Source: a virus (Duplodnaviria > Caudoviricetes). From it: a stretch of DNA of 64,000 nt. Shown one piece after another: positions 40,503 through 49,757 of the stretch. The stretch lies in the IMG/VR virus record IMGVR_UViG_3300028886_001681, positions 96,259 through 160,258 of that record. One strand, 5' to 3'. Each line of letters starts with the position of its first letter. Position 1 is the stretch's first letter. The position numbers were made by a program, and so were the translations under genes. A model generated the notes under the pieces. It saw nothing but the letters and a program-made list of their open reading frames with translations, was not told the origin of the DNA and ran no database searches.

Positions 40503-42155
40503 TTATTCCTCGTCTTTCTTGTCCTTGCTTTTGTCGTCGCCCTTGGCTTTACCCTTCGTGTAAGGCTTGCAAAGTTTGTCGAAGACTTCCCAAAACTTGT
40601 TGGCCTTCTTGTTGAACTTCGCGTCGCTCGCGTTGCACCAATCAACCCAAGCGTTCAAAAGTTCATCGTCTCCGCTAGCGATGTCAAGAATTTTATCGAA
40701 GTTCTTGGGGTCAATCTTGTCCTCAGACTTCAATGTTTCCTCAATCATGTCCAACATGTCGCCCAAACCTTCCACGGATTCCTTCAAAGACTCTTGAATT
40801 CCGTTGTCCTCCAAAATGTCCTTGAAAGCGTAATAAACGACATCTTTCTTGAAAGACACATCGTATTCCAACAAACCACCCTCGCCTTTAAGAACATCGG
40901 TAACGACATAAGCCCATTCTTTTGACGGAAGTTGGCCGAAAATGAAAGTCTTGTCCTTTCCGTTATTTTTGATGATTAAATTCTTGCTAAACTCATGCTC
41001 GATGAAGCCGTATTTGGTGTTGTATCCAAAATGAAGATTATCCACATTCACATAAGGCTCGTATTCTTCATTGTCTTCCTTCAAGGATTCGTTCAAATCC
41101 TTCTTATATTTGTCCAAGAAAGCCTTGATTTCCTCGTCGGTGCTATCGTCTCCGATTTTCTTCAATTCCGCCTTCACATATTCGAATCTTTCGGACTCGT
41201 CCATGTCTTTTGCCACATTCCAAATGTCAGTCGGCAAAAATTCAAGTTTTTCCTTCAACTGAACCACTGTTCCTTTAGGAACGACCTCTCCTTCAATCAA
41301 ATAATTTTTCGTCAAAGTTATCTTTTTCATTCCTTTATAATTAGATTTGACTCCCAATTCGTCATTCATGTTGTATTCGAGGCCTTTTCCATCAACATCC
41401 AACTGATGTAATAAAATCAAGTCTCCGTTTTTATCCAAGTACATCGCATCCGTTGCATTGTCAAAAATATACTGTTGATTGAACTTGTTTCCCTTAAAAG
41501 TCATTACTTTGTTTTTTATCTCAAGTTCAATTCCAGCCAATTTAGCCAACTCAACACAATCTTCCTCGTTGTCATAAGGGTCGATTGCATCATACCTACT
41601 GTTCGGTGTCTTTTTCATTCCTTTCTTCTCCTTAATATCCATAAATTCGAAATTGTTTTTATATCCGCAAGCGTTCAATATTTTCACGCCTTCATTGTAT
41701 GTATAAGGATATATGTTGTTCACCCAAAGAATGTCGAGTTTTTCCTCCAAGTCCTTCAATTGCTCTTTTGTCAAAGAACCCCCTTTCTCTTCATACACTC
41801 CGATATAGAACTCAACATCGTCGCAAACCCTATCCAACCTAACATAATCCGCATAACTTCTTTCCATCAATCTTCTAAATTCGTCCGCGCTATGCGGAAC
41901 CTTGCTTTTCCATACATTTATCTTGTGGGCTTCGTTGTCTTCGTCCGAAACCATTGACAAATATGTGCCGACTTTAGACGAACGACATTTTCCATGACCT
42001 TCTCCGTCCTTAGCCTTAATTCGTCTGCAAGCCTTCTTAATGGCCTCAATGTCGCCCTTCACATTGTAGGACTCTCCGCCTTCAATCGAAATTATCCAAT
42101 TGTCTCCGTCAAGATGCTTTATCGACATTGGGATTAATCGTCTGTTATCTTCCAT
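40503..42155 (-). CDS. Multi-domain protein with ESLKE linkers (putative internal head polyprotein)
   Basis: LNESLKE and IQESLKES linkers; internal MKKITLTKNYLIEGEVVPKGTVVQLKE motif; TAACTAT near 42190-42196. Confidence 0.55.
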   Translation of the reverse strand: MEDNRRLIPMSIKHLDGDNWIISIEGGESYNVKGDIEAIKKACRRIKAKDGEGHGKCRSSKVGTYLSMVSDEDNEAHKINVWKSKVPHSADEFRRLMERSYADYVRLDRVCDDVEFYIGVYEEKGGSLTKEQLKDLEEKLDILWVNNIYPYTYNEGVKILNACGYKNNFEFMDIKEKKGMKKTPNSRYDAIDPYDNEEDCVELAKLAGIELEIKNKVMTFKGNKFNQQYIFDNATDAMYLDKNGDLILLHQLDVDGKGLEYNMNDELGVKSNYKGMKKITLTKNYLIEGEVVPKGTVVQLKEKLEFLPTDIWNVAKDMDESERFEYVKAELKKIGDDSTDEEIKAFLDKYKKDLNESLKEDNEEYEPYVNVDNLHFGYNTKYGFIEHEFSKNLIIKNNGKDKTFIFGQLPSKEWAYVVTDVLKGEGGLLEYDVSFKKDVVYYAFKDILEDNGIQESLKESVEGLGDMLDMIEETLKSEDKIDPKNFDKILDIASGDDELLNAWVDWCNASDAKFNKKANKFWEVFDKLCKPYTKGKAKGDDKSKDKKDEE

Positions 42156-42201
42156 AATATTTTCTCCGAACAAATTGAGTTTGCTTAAAATAGTTAAAGT
42201 T

Positions 42202-42480
42202 TCAAGCGGACTTCGCCAACTCCTTGAATTTGTCGAAATCTTCCTTCGAAATCTCAACTCCATCTATCTCCATTCCATCGAAGGAGTCGTCCAATTCAAC
42301 GGTGTATTCATCGAAAGTCTCCATGTCTATGCCGTCTATTGTGAACTTTTGGGTTCTTTTGTCATACAACATCGATATGTTGTCCGAAATCTCCCATTCC
42401 ACCACATCGCTTTCCTCGCACAAAATGTTCGGAAACTCCATCTTCTTGAAATCCACATTAGGGTCGGCTCTCATAGGCAA
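42202..42480 (-). CDS. Small acidic protein
   Basis: GGAGG SD. Confidence 0.5.
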   Translation of the reverse strand: MPMRADPNVDFKKMEFPNILCEESDVVEWEISDNISMLYDKRTQKFTIDGIDMETFDEYTVELDDSFDGMEIDGVEISKEDFDKFKELAKSA

Positions 42481-42540
42481 AAATTCCTCCGAATTTTTTT
42501 ATTTGACTTATATTATCTTATTTCAATCCGCAATTCAAGT

Positions 42541-43275
42541 TCAATATTTCAATATACCCATTTTCATGAGATAAGAAATTAGATTCAACATGTGTTTGTC
42601 GAAGAATGGGAATTGAATCTCGTCGTTCGGAACATCCCAATGAAGTTTGCCGTACAAACAAGAAAACTTCTTCATCACATAAAAATCCCTAAAATAAGCG
42701 TCAAGCATTATTCCTAATTCTCTACTGCAATAGTCTCCGACATCAAGGTATGTCGCACGTTTTTTTATCTTCTCAATTTCTTTTTTAATCATCTCCGCCT
42801 TTTGCTTTTGTGGAAGTTTGGTGTATTTCTTTTCCAATCTTTCCCTAGTGGATTTGAATATCGTCTTGACTTTGCTTTGCGGAACAACCTTCGGATATTT
42901 CTTTTGGCTTCCGATTCTCCAAACTATAGGAGAAGTCCAATAATTGTATTCTCCATTCTCATCCTTTCCTATGCAACAAATTATGTCGTATTGGTGTCTA
43001 ATCTTTCTTTGCTTTTTGGCGTTTCTACTTTTCACATTAATATATGGGGGATAATTTGGAAACGATTCAGTCCTAATATACAGACGCTCGGTGGGAGTCA
43101 TTGTGGAATTTTCTTTATTGCGCTTGTACACGACGCGTCTTTCGATTTTCACTTTAGTTTTCAAAACATCGCGCTCCATATTCTCAAACCTACTTCTAGT
43201 ATGTGGATTGGAATATGTGTATTGATAAATTTGAGAAATCGATGGTGTTCTTTCTGTAAACTCGACCATAATCAA
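42541..43275 (-). CDS. Basic hypothetical protein
   Basis: 244-aa K/R-rich ORF, CAACTAT just upstream. Confidence 0.6.
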   Translation of the reverse strand: MIMVEFTERTPSISQIYQYTYSNPHTRSRFENMERDVLKTKVKIERRVVYKRNKENSTMTPTERLYIRTESFPNYPPYINVKSRNAKKQRKIRHQYDIICCIGKDENGEYNYWTSPIVWRIGSQKKYPKVVPQSKVKTIFKSTRERLEKKYTKLPQKQKAEMIKKEIEKIKKRATYLDVGDYCSRELGIMLDAYFRDFYVMKKFSCLYGKLHWDVPNDEIQFPFFDKHMLNLISYLMKMGILKY

Positions 43276-43345
43276 AATAGTTGAAAAATAAAAAGCGTCC
43301 GCGAATCAGACGGACGCTCCTTAAAAAAATAAAAAATCTAGCGGA

Positions 43346-43561
43346 CTACTTGGAAGTCTTTCCGAACTTCACTCCGCGCATGAAAATCTCGTAAGCCTTC
43401 TTCTTTCCGCAAGAGCGGACGGCTCCCTTGTACTCGTCCTTCGACACGAACTTCTCGAACGCGCTTTGCGAAGGCGACATCACGGCTTTTTTCACTTGGG
43501 TTTTCTTTCCCAATCCAACGCTTTTCTTCATGTTTGTCTTCATGTTTTCTCCTTGGCTCAT
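43346..43561 (-). CDS. Small basic protein
   Basis: TTGACA-17-TATTGT promoter at 43579-43607, terminator hairpin near 43293-43318. Confidence 0.55.
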   Translation of the reverse strand: MSQGENMKTNMKKSVGLGKKTQVKKAVMSPSQSAFEKFVSKDEYKGAVRSCGKKKAYEIFMRGVKFGKTSK

Positions 43562-43603
43562 TTCCGAGCCTTAATAGAACAATACAACATTTATGCAAAA
43601 ATG

Positions 43604-44239
43604 TCAAGTCTCTTTGCTATTTTTCTTGGCCTTCCATTCCTCCCTCGTCTTTTTAGCCCACTCTCTCTGCTTCCGTTTCCTTTCCTCAATCTCGTCTTTA
43701 TGCTCTTCCTTCCATCTCTCCCTATTTTCCTTGGCTCTTTGCTTTTCCATTTCCTTTCTCTCCGATTGGGTCATATAACGATTAACGGTGTTAGGCAAAG
43801 AATTTTCCTCAACCAACCGACCCAACTCCTTCACTTCCTCCAACGAATACGACTCGATTGGCCGACTGTAGTCGCCGACCAACACGAAGAAGGCGTTCCT
43901 AGCGTCGACCGCCCATTCGGTGTTTCGCAGAGCCATCCCCAAATAATAATGAGCCAAAACATGGTATAAGATTCGAAGTTTGCACACATTGTCTAAAGGC
44001 GAGTATTTTTCGTCCAACTTGTCTATGGTGTGGTAACGGTTTTTCTTCTCTATGGAATCGTCAACTGTCTTGTACAGAAAGGAGCAGAAAAAATGATGGT
44101 AATTGAATTTGTCGCTTTTCGTGGGATTTAAGAAACTCTGTTTATAAATGTTTGTATAAGCATCGAACCAAACCTTGGAATTCTCGTCGTTCGGAACGAT
44201 TCCTTTGAATATTTCCCCTATTCGCTCGTCTGAATACAT
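43604..44239 (-). CDS. HNH-like endonuclease with charged helical tail
   Basis: YHH...DNVCKL...YHVLAH pattern. Confidence 0.5.
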   Translation of the reverse strand: MYSDERIGEIFKGIVPNDENSKVWFDAYTNIYKQSFLNPTKSDKFNYHHFFCSFLYKTVDDSIEKKNRYHTIDKLDEKYSPLDNVCKLRILYHVLAHYYLGMALRNTEWAVDARNAFFVLVGDYSRPIESYSLEEVKELGRLVEENSLPNTVNRYMTQSERKEMEKQRAKENRERWKEEHKDEIEERKRKQREWAKKTREEWKAKKNSKET

Positions 44240-44303
44240 CTCGTCTCCTTAAAAGAAAAATCGCCCACATAGTAGGCGATTTCTCAGATAAATTCAATAA
44301 GAA

Positions 44304-44693
44304 TTAATCAGATTCCGCGTTTTTATTTCTCCAATCATAATCAAAATTTATGATTGGAAAACCTTTTCGTCTGCTGAAACACCAATTGAAAACTCTATCA
44401 AGCAATAAGCCGTCTTCGTAATCTCCGTAAATCGTGTCAAATCTAAAGCCGTCAAAATATGCTTGCACTTCATCCCAATATTTTTCATTGGATTTGTCAA
44501 AAAATTCAGACACTTCCATATCATATGTATCTTGGGTGAAATTGTTCGCGGTGAAATAAACAAATGACACGCTTAAATAATTGAAACCGTTATTAAAATG
44601 AATGCATAATCCATTCAATCCACCGTACTGTTTCCAATGAGCATTTGTCTTTTCCGCAATTTTAACAATATCTTTAACTTTAATATCCGCCAT
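44304..44693 (-). CDS. Hypothetical protein
   Basis: GAGGTG SD. Confidence 0.55.
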   Translation of the reverse strand: MADIKVKDIVKIAEKTNAHWKQYGGLNGLCIHFNNGFNYLSVSFVYFTANNFTQDTYDMEVSEFFDKSNEKYWDEVQAYFDGFRFDTIYGDYEDGLLLDRVFNWCFSRRKGFPIINFDYDWRNKNAESD

Positions 44694-44835
44694 ATCTCAA
44701 TCACCTCTCTATTGAATCATTCCGTAAATGATGTTTATTACCCATTGGTACTCACATGTCAATCCATTGGGACAACTCCGCCTCACCCTCGTCAACGAAA
44801 AATCGCTCTCTCTCCCATTCTTCGTCTGTGCACAA

Positions 44836-45819
44836 TCAAAGTTCTCCAAAAACAAAATCGCAACTGCCATACATAGGCTCGGCATACCAACCATTCTTTT
44901 TGGCCAACTTGTCAATCGCTTGTTTGCCCAACGAATAATCGTCGAACATGTCGAGAACACCTTGATTGTCATAAACCACGATTGTTCCGTCATCCTCAAC
45001 CCTATATTTGAATGAGAACAAAGGACCATACTTTTTATAAAAAGAATAATCGTTCATGTCGATGTTCTCATGGCAATAGTCGTTCAACTCATTCACAAAC
45101 TTGGCCACATTCTTTTCGTTGATTGGTTTCACGGATTCTTTCAGACTTTTTCTTGATGGTTTTCTTTTAGATTCCGCCAAATAAATTGTTTTCTTCTTGC
45201 CGTTAGTTACATCGATGATTTTATAAACATTTGCGTCATTTTCCAAATCAACAATATCATTTCTTGTAACATCATCAAGATAATCCGTAGGAGTGTCGTC
45301 CCAATATACAATTTTTACATCAATGCCTTCTTTCAGACTTTTTCTAGTAGATTTCTTTTTAGATTCCGCCAATGAAAAATCCATAGGATGAGTATCGCAA
45401 GTCAAATAAATGGCGAATCCAAAATTCCACATTTCATCTTGTTCATAAACATCGCCGTTAATTCTAATCACACACTCATTGTTAGACAAACTTTCAACAT
45501 CGCCCATTAATCCGCCAATATTAAAAACAAGGTCGATTCTATTTCCTACAGAATTGTGAGCGATATGAATGGCGTTGCCGTCGAGAACTCCCAACTTTGA
45601 CAAGCGAACCGCTTTTTTAATCTCATCTTCAACTGTATCAACATCGGTGTCGTATCCTTCGGATTCAAACAAAGAATTGAGCGTTTTCTCGTCCACAATC
45701 TTTCCATTGAAAAAATATTCAATGTGATGCACATTTTTCACCACCCATTTACCCCAAGTAGTCCTATCAATTTCTTCTTTAATTGCGTCATTAAAATTAC
45801 TATTAACATATTTTGCCAT
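44836..45819 (-). CDS. Multi-domain protein with duplicated LAESK..RKSLKE linker
   Basis: LAESKKKSTRKSLKE and LAESKRKPSRKSLKE. Confidence 0.6.
   Translation of the reverse strand: MAKYVNSNFNDAIKEEIDRTTWGKWVVKNVHHIEYFFNGKIVDEKTLNSLFESEGYDTDVDTVEDEIKKAVRLSKLGVLDGNAIHIAHNSVGNRIDLVFNIGGLMGDVESLSNNECVIRINGDVYEQDEMWNFGFAIYLTCDTHPMDFSLAESKKKSTRKSLKEGIDVKIVYWDDTPTDYLDDVTRNDIVDLENDANVYKIIDVTNGKKKTIYLAESKRKPSRKSLKESVKPINEKNVAKFVNELNDYCHENIDMNDYSFYKKYGPLFSFKYRVEDDGTIVVYDNQGVLDMFDDYSLGKQAIDKLAKKNGWYAEPMYGSCDFVFGEL
45136..45372. repeat. 45-bp imperfect direct repeat (45136-45180, 45328-45372)
   Basis: TTCTTTCAGACTTTTTCT...TTTAGATTCCGCCAA in both copies. Confidence 0.8.
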
Positions 45820-45851
45820 AATTTTATTCTCCTCTTATAGGTTTTCTTCAA

Positions 45852-46184
45852 TTACGAAATGTTGGCGTAAACTATATCAAATCCGAAAGTATATTCTCCG
45901 TTTAATCTATTTGGACAACTCCAAGCAAATATAATTTCATTATCCTTTAATTCCAAAGAATAAGGAACATAAGGAGGGATTCCTTTTACAAATTCAGCAA
46001 GAGTATCTGATTTATAAATCTTGTCCAACCAAGACTTAGTCCATTCATTTGCTTTTTTCCAAGTTTCGTCTGTAATTTTCTTTGATTTCCATGATTCAAC
46101 TCCATCTTCATCATAAAAACCTCTAAACCCATGTGAAGCACCAGCATAAATTTGAACATCTCTGAAATCCACATTAAATGTCAT
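45852..46184 (-). CDS. Hypothetical protein with own TAACTAT
   Basis: AGGAGG SD, TAACTAT near 46230-46236. Confidence 0.6.
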   Translation of the reverse strand: MTFNVDFRDVQIYAGASHGFRGFYDEDGVESWKSKKITDETWKKANEWTKSWLDKIYKSDTLAEFVKGIPPYVPYSLELKDNEIIFAWSCPNRLNGEYTFGFDIVYANIS

Positions 46185-46233
46185 AATTTTATTTCCTCCT
46201 ACTGTTAAACCGTTTCCTTGATGAATAAAATAG

Positions 46234-46503
46234 TTAAATCAACTTATCGCTCCAATCGTTCCGTCGTTCGTAACTATCAAGTCCTTTGTCGAAAATTTCC
46301 TTAATCATTCCAACCCATTCGTCCACGGAATAATCGGAGAATTTTCTAGTTTCAATCGAATTGTCCGTGTAATGAAGAATGGTGTCCGTCAAGTCGTCCT
46401 CCGACCACACCTCGACAAACCCTTGGTCAAAGTTGAGCACCACATCCTTAATTCCAAGTTTATCTAATTTATTTCGCAACTGCTTGTTTCTAATATCTTT
46501 CAT
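46234..46503 (-). CDS. Hypothetical protein with own TAACTAT
   Basis: AGGAG SD before MKDIR, TAACTAT near 46526-46532. Confidence 0.55.
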   Translation of the reverse strand: MKDIRNKQLRNKLDKLGIKDVVLNFDQGFVEVWSEDDLTDTILHYTDNSIETRKFSDYSVDEWVGMIKEIFDKGLDSYERRNDWSDKLI

Positions 46504-46599
46504 AAAATTATCTCCTATAATCAAGATAGTTATATGATACAATAAATTAATTTATTTGTCAAGGAAAATTATCAACAATTTTTTATAACTATTTGTCTT

Positions 46600-46788
46600 A
46601 TGAAGAGATTAAAAGAAAAAGCGCAGTTGGAATTCAATTGCAAAACAATAAACCAACTCATTGATGTTCTTGAAGATATTAGAACCGTCATGGGCGGAAA
46701 CACGAAGGTTGGGAGAACCAACAATTTGAAACCCAACATAGATGTTCAATTGTTCAACTATGGCGACGGAATAGTGATTTTGAATTAG
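46600..46788 (+). CDS. Small protein, leaderless after TAACTAT
   Basis: TAACTAT 46586-46592, ATG 7 nt later; starts MKRLKE. Confidence 0.55.
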   Translation: MKRLKEKAQLEFNCKTINQLIDVLEDIRTVMGGNTKVGRTNNLKPNIDVQLFNYGDGIVILN

Positions 46789-46790
46789 AT

Positions 46791-47477
46791 ATGATTTGCT
46801 TTGATGATAAAGAATTGCAAGATTTTACCCTTTCTCTTTATAATAAATATTTTTATGATTTACCTTTTAATCTTAAAAATATAAAATTCGCTCATATGAA
46901 AGAAGATTCTGTATTGGGATACACTCATTCTGAATCAAAGAAAGGAAAACAACTTATTAATGATATTGATAATGAAATTACAAGCAATATATTTATTTCA
47001 AAAGGATACATTGGAATAGATTGTACTTCTACGGTATTACATGAGATGTGCCATGCTTATGTCGATACTAATTTTTTTGATATTGAATGGGAAAATAATG
47101 CAAATCATAAAGGCTTATGGGTTGAAATAACAGAACTAATTTCTAAAAGAAGTGGAATTAATTGTTTTTGGTCTGCGGATATTGATACAAGAAAAGTAAC
47201 TGCAAAAGATGTCGTTGAAAAAACTATGGAAAAATCAAAACAACTGTATAATTTTTTCAACAAAATAGACGATATTCATTGTCAACATGATATAAAAACA
47301 ATGATGAAATATGAAGATACGAAAGAATTCCTCCAACTTTTAATGGAAGAAAAAGATTCTGATTGGAAAAAATATTGGAACAGATTAAAAGAATGGGAGA
47401 ACGCTGATTTTGAATATTGGAAGAATAGCAAAGAAGGCGTTTCTTGGCTATTCTATATTGCTTTTGGCGATTTATAA
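46791..47477 (+). CDS. SprT-like zinc metalloprotease
   Basis: LYNKYF, TVLHEMCH (HExxH), downstream HKGLW. Confidence 0.75.
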   Translation: MICFDDKELQDFTLSLYNKYFYDLPFNLKNIKFAHMKEDSVLGYTHSESKKGKQLINDIDNEITSNIFISKGYIGIDCTSTVLHEMCHAYVDTNFFDIEWENNANHKGLWVEITELISKRSGINCFWSADIDTRKVTAKDVVEKTMEKSKQLYNFFNKIDDIHCQHDIKTMMKYEDTKEFLQLLMEEKDSDWKKYWNRLKEWENADFEYWKNSKEGVSWLFYIAFGDL

Positions 47478-48230
47478 TCCAAAAATATCTTCTTTAAAAT
47501 TATCTACATAATTTCCATTATGTTCTATTCTGTTCTTCGCTATCTCAAAATACTTTGGGTCTATCTCGCAACCTATAAAATTTCTATTCAACATCTTGCT
47601 TGCTATTCCGCAACTTCCAATTCCCATAAATGGGTCGATTACGGTGTCGCCTTCATTCGTTGAATTTTCCACAAGAATCTTCATCAATTCAATCGGCTTT
47701 TCGGTGTCGTGCAAATTGTGACCGTCCTTGTCCTTCAATTTCTTGATTGGAATCGAAAGGATGTCGGAAGTTCCGCAATTGTTTATGGGTCGGTCGCCTC
47801 CCTTGCGGAACAAACAGATGTACTCGAATTGGTTCATATAATAGCGACCGCAAATCTTGGATTGCTTATCCCAAATCAAGCACTTCACGAAATGGAAACC
47901 GACCTTTTCCGCCTCGTTCAACATCTCTCGAAGATTGATGTTGTTTATCATTATGTAGCAATGGGTTCTTTCCTTCAAAATGCGATAAAAATGCGGAAGG
48001 TAGTCGCTAGGCTTGAGTGAATTGTTTTCGAATATTTTTCCTTTCCTAGCGATATCGGATTTCCAATATCCGCTCATCGTGCCACATCCTCCGCGAGAAG
48101 TAACGGGATAAGCGACATCGGAGCAAACTAAGTCTACCGAATTATCGGCCACCTCCCCCATCACCTTCAAACAATCTTCGTTGAACAATTTTATTTCAGA
48201 CATTTCCTTCCTCTCTGTACCCAATTTCAT
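47472..48230 (-). CDS. DNA methyltransferase (beta-class) with atypical DVAY motif IV
   Basis: SDVAY, HDTEKP, DPFMGIGSC. Confidence 0.85.
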   Translation of the reverse strand: MKLGTERKEMSEIKLFNEDCLKVMGEVADNSVDLVCSDVAYPVTSRGGCGTMSGYWKSDIARKGKIFENNSLKPSDYLPHFYRILKERTHCYIMINNINLREMLNEAEKVGFHFVKCLIWDKQSKICGRYYMNQFEYICLFRKGGDRPINNCGTSDILSIPIKKLKDKDGHNLHDTEKPIELMKILVENSTNEGDTVIDPFMGIGSCGIASKMLNRNFIGCEIDPKYFEIAKNRIEHNGNYVDNFKEDIFGL

Positions 48231-49212
48231 AAATCCTCTTCGACTTCAACCCTTCCGCGTAATCCTTCATGCTCTCCACCTCATCTGCGTTTATTCCGCA
48301 AGCGTTGGAGTGTCCACTCGCGTGGTTTAAATTCAACAAGTCGAACTCTCTGCTACGAAGGCTTATCTTCGGCTCGTCTTGGTCGTAGTCGTTCACAATC
48401 ACGCAGTAGTCGAGTTTCTTGTATTTCTCCAAAATCCTAGACGCTATCGCGCTCACCTTGCTCTTGCAAGAGAAGACGCAAAAGTACCTTCCTTGTGAGT
48501 CTTTTCTCGTGCTAATTTCCTTGGACGCGTTTCTTATCAAGTTCTCGAATATCTCGTTCTCTTTGTTGATGTCGCCTTGTATCTTCTCCGTCTCCCAAGC
48601 CACGAACTTGAAGTCGTTCATGTTCTGCGTTTTCCAAACCATCGAGTTTATGAATGTCTCGTAGGCGGATATTCTGTCGGTAGGATTGGACTTCAAAATG
48701 TACCACTTTGCGGACGAGTAGAGCAACCGATTAAGTTTATCGGCTTCGGAAAACAAAGGCGACCCTTTCTTGTATAAGTCGTATGTATCGGTCAACTCGA
48801 CGATATAATCCGACACCTTGTTTCCTTCATAGCCTTGCGACTTTAGCCACTCATAGTACAACTTCGTTCCGCACTTCTCGTTGTCAAATATGTACTCCGC
48901 GTTGGGATAGGACTTCGTGAATTCCTCCATCGGCTCCTTGACGCTTTCGTGGTGGTCTATGACAAGGCACTTGATTCCTTTTTCCTTGATGATTTCCTTC
49001 GCCCTATCGTTGGGGCTAAAGTCCGTGTACACCACAGTTTCGTACAGTCCGCTAGACAAGTCGGAATTCTCTAATTCCTCTCCATAGTTGGTCATGATTT
49101 CCTTGGAATAGTTTATCTGAAAAAATCTGTTGAGGGCGATGGGGATGCTGCCGTCGCAATCTATGTGGCTTATGAATAACGCTTTGTCTAAATTAATTTC
49201 ATTCAACTTCAT
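48196..49212 (-). CDS. DHH-family phosphoesterase
   Basis: SHIDCDG, TDF, IDHH, SLRS and GHSNACG. Confidence 0.85.
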   Translation of the reverse strand: MKLNEINLDKALFISHIDCDGSIPIALNRFFQINYSKEIMTNYGEELENSDLSSGLYETVVYTDFSPNDRAKEIIKEKGIKCLVIDHHESVKEPMEEFTKSYPNAEYIFDNEKCGTKLYYEWLKSQGYEGNKVSDYIVELTDTYDLYKKGSPLFSEADKLNRLLYSSAKWYILKSNPTDRISAYETFINSMVWKTQNMNDFKFVAWETEKIQGDINKENEIFENLIRNASKEISTRKDSQGRYFCVFSCKSKVSAIASRILEKYKKLDYCVIVNDYDQDEPKISLRSREFDLLNLNHASGHSNACGINADEVESMKDYAEGLKSKRIYEIGYREEGNV

Positions 49213-49283
49213 ATAAAAATATCCTTGCAGTTTGTTTCAAGGCAAGGATAGCACAATGAAAATTATTTTTCAAGCGTTTTGGA

Positions 49284-49757
49284 TTATTTTTCTTCCAATT
49301 CTTTTATTCTCTTGTCGCAAATTTCAATAATTTGTTCATAATCAGAAACACGGTCTTTTACATTCGGATAAAGAATTCTTGTCAGAATAACAACATCATC
49401 GGAAGTCAAATCATAATCTTCAAGCATTTCGCCCAAAGTAACGTCTTTTGGTTCAAGATTTTCAATAGGAAAAACATTCTCGTTATTCTGAAATTGTCTA
49501 ATACGCTCAAGAGCAATATGCTTCATTTTTTTATAATCTAGAATTCTTGGGTCAGTTTGTTTAGTTCTTAAAGTTCTTTTTACCAAATCACAATCAAATC
49601 CATTGTTAATTCTAAACTTTATCCATATATCCCATATTTGATAACGATGTTTATTGTAGTCACTACTTCCTTCGACAATATTTCTAACTTCATTTACATC
49701 AATCATATTTATATCTCCATTAAAATTTAATATAAAAATTTTATAAATTAAAGTCAA
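49284..49757 (-). CDS. Hypothetical protein
   Basis: Co-oriented ORF; likely start MIDVNE. Confidence 0.5.
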   Translation of the reverse strand: MTLIYKIFILNFNGDINMIDVNEVRNIVEGSSDYNKHRYQIWDIWIKFRINNGFDCDLVKRTLRTKQTDPRILDYKKMKHIALERIRQFQNNENVFPIENLEPKDVTLGEMLEDYDLTSDDVVILTRILYPNVKDRVSDYEQIIEICDKRIKELEEK

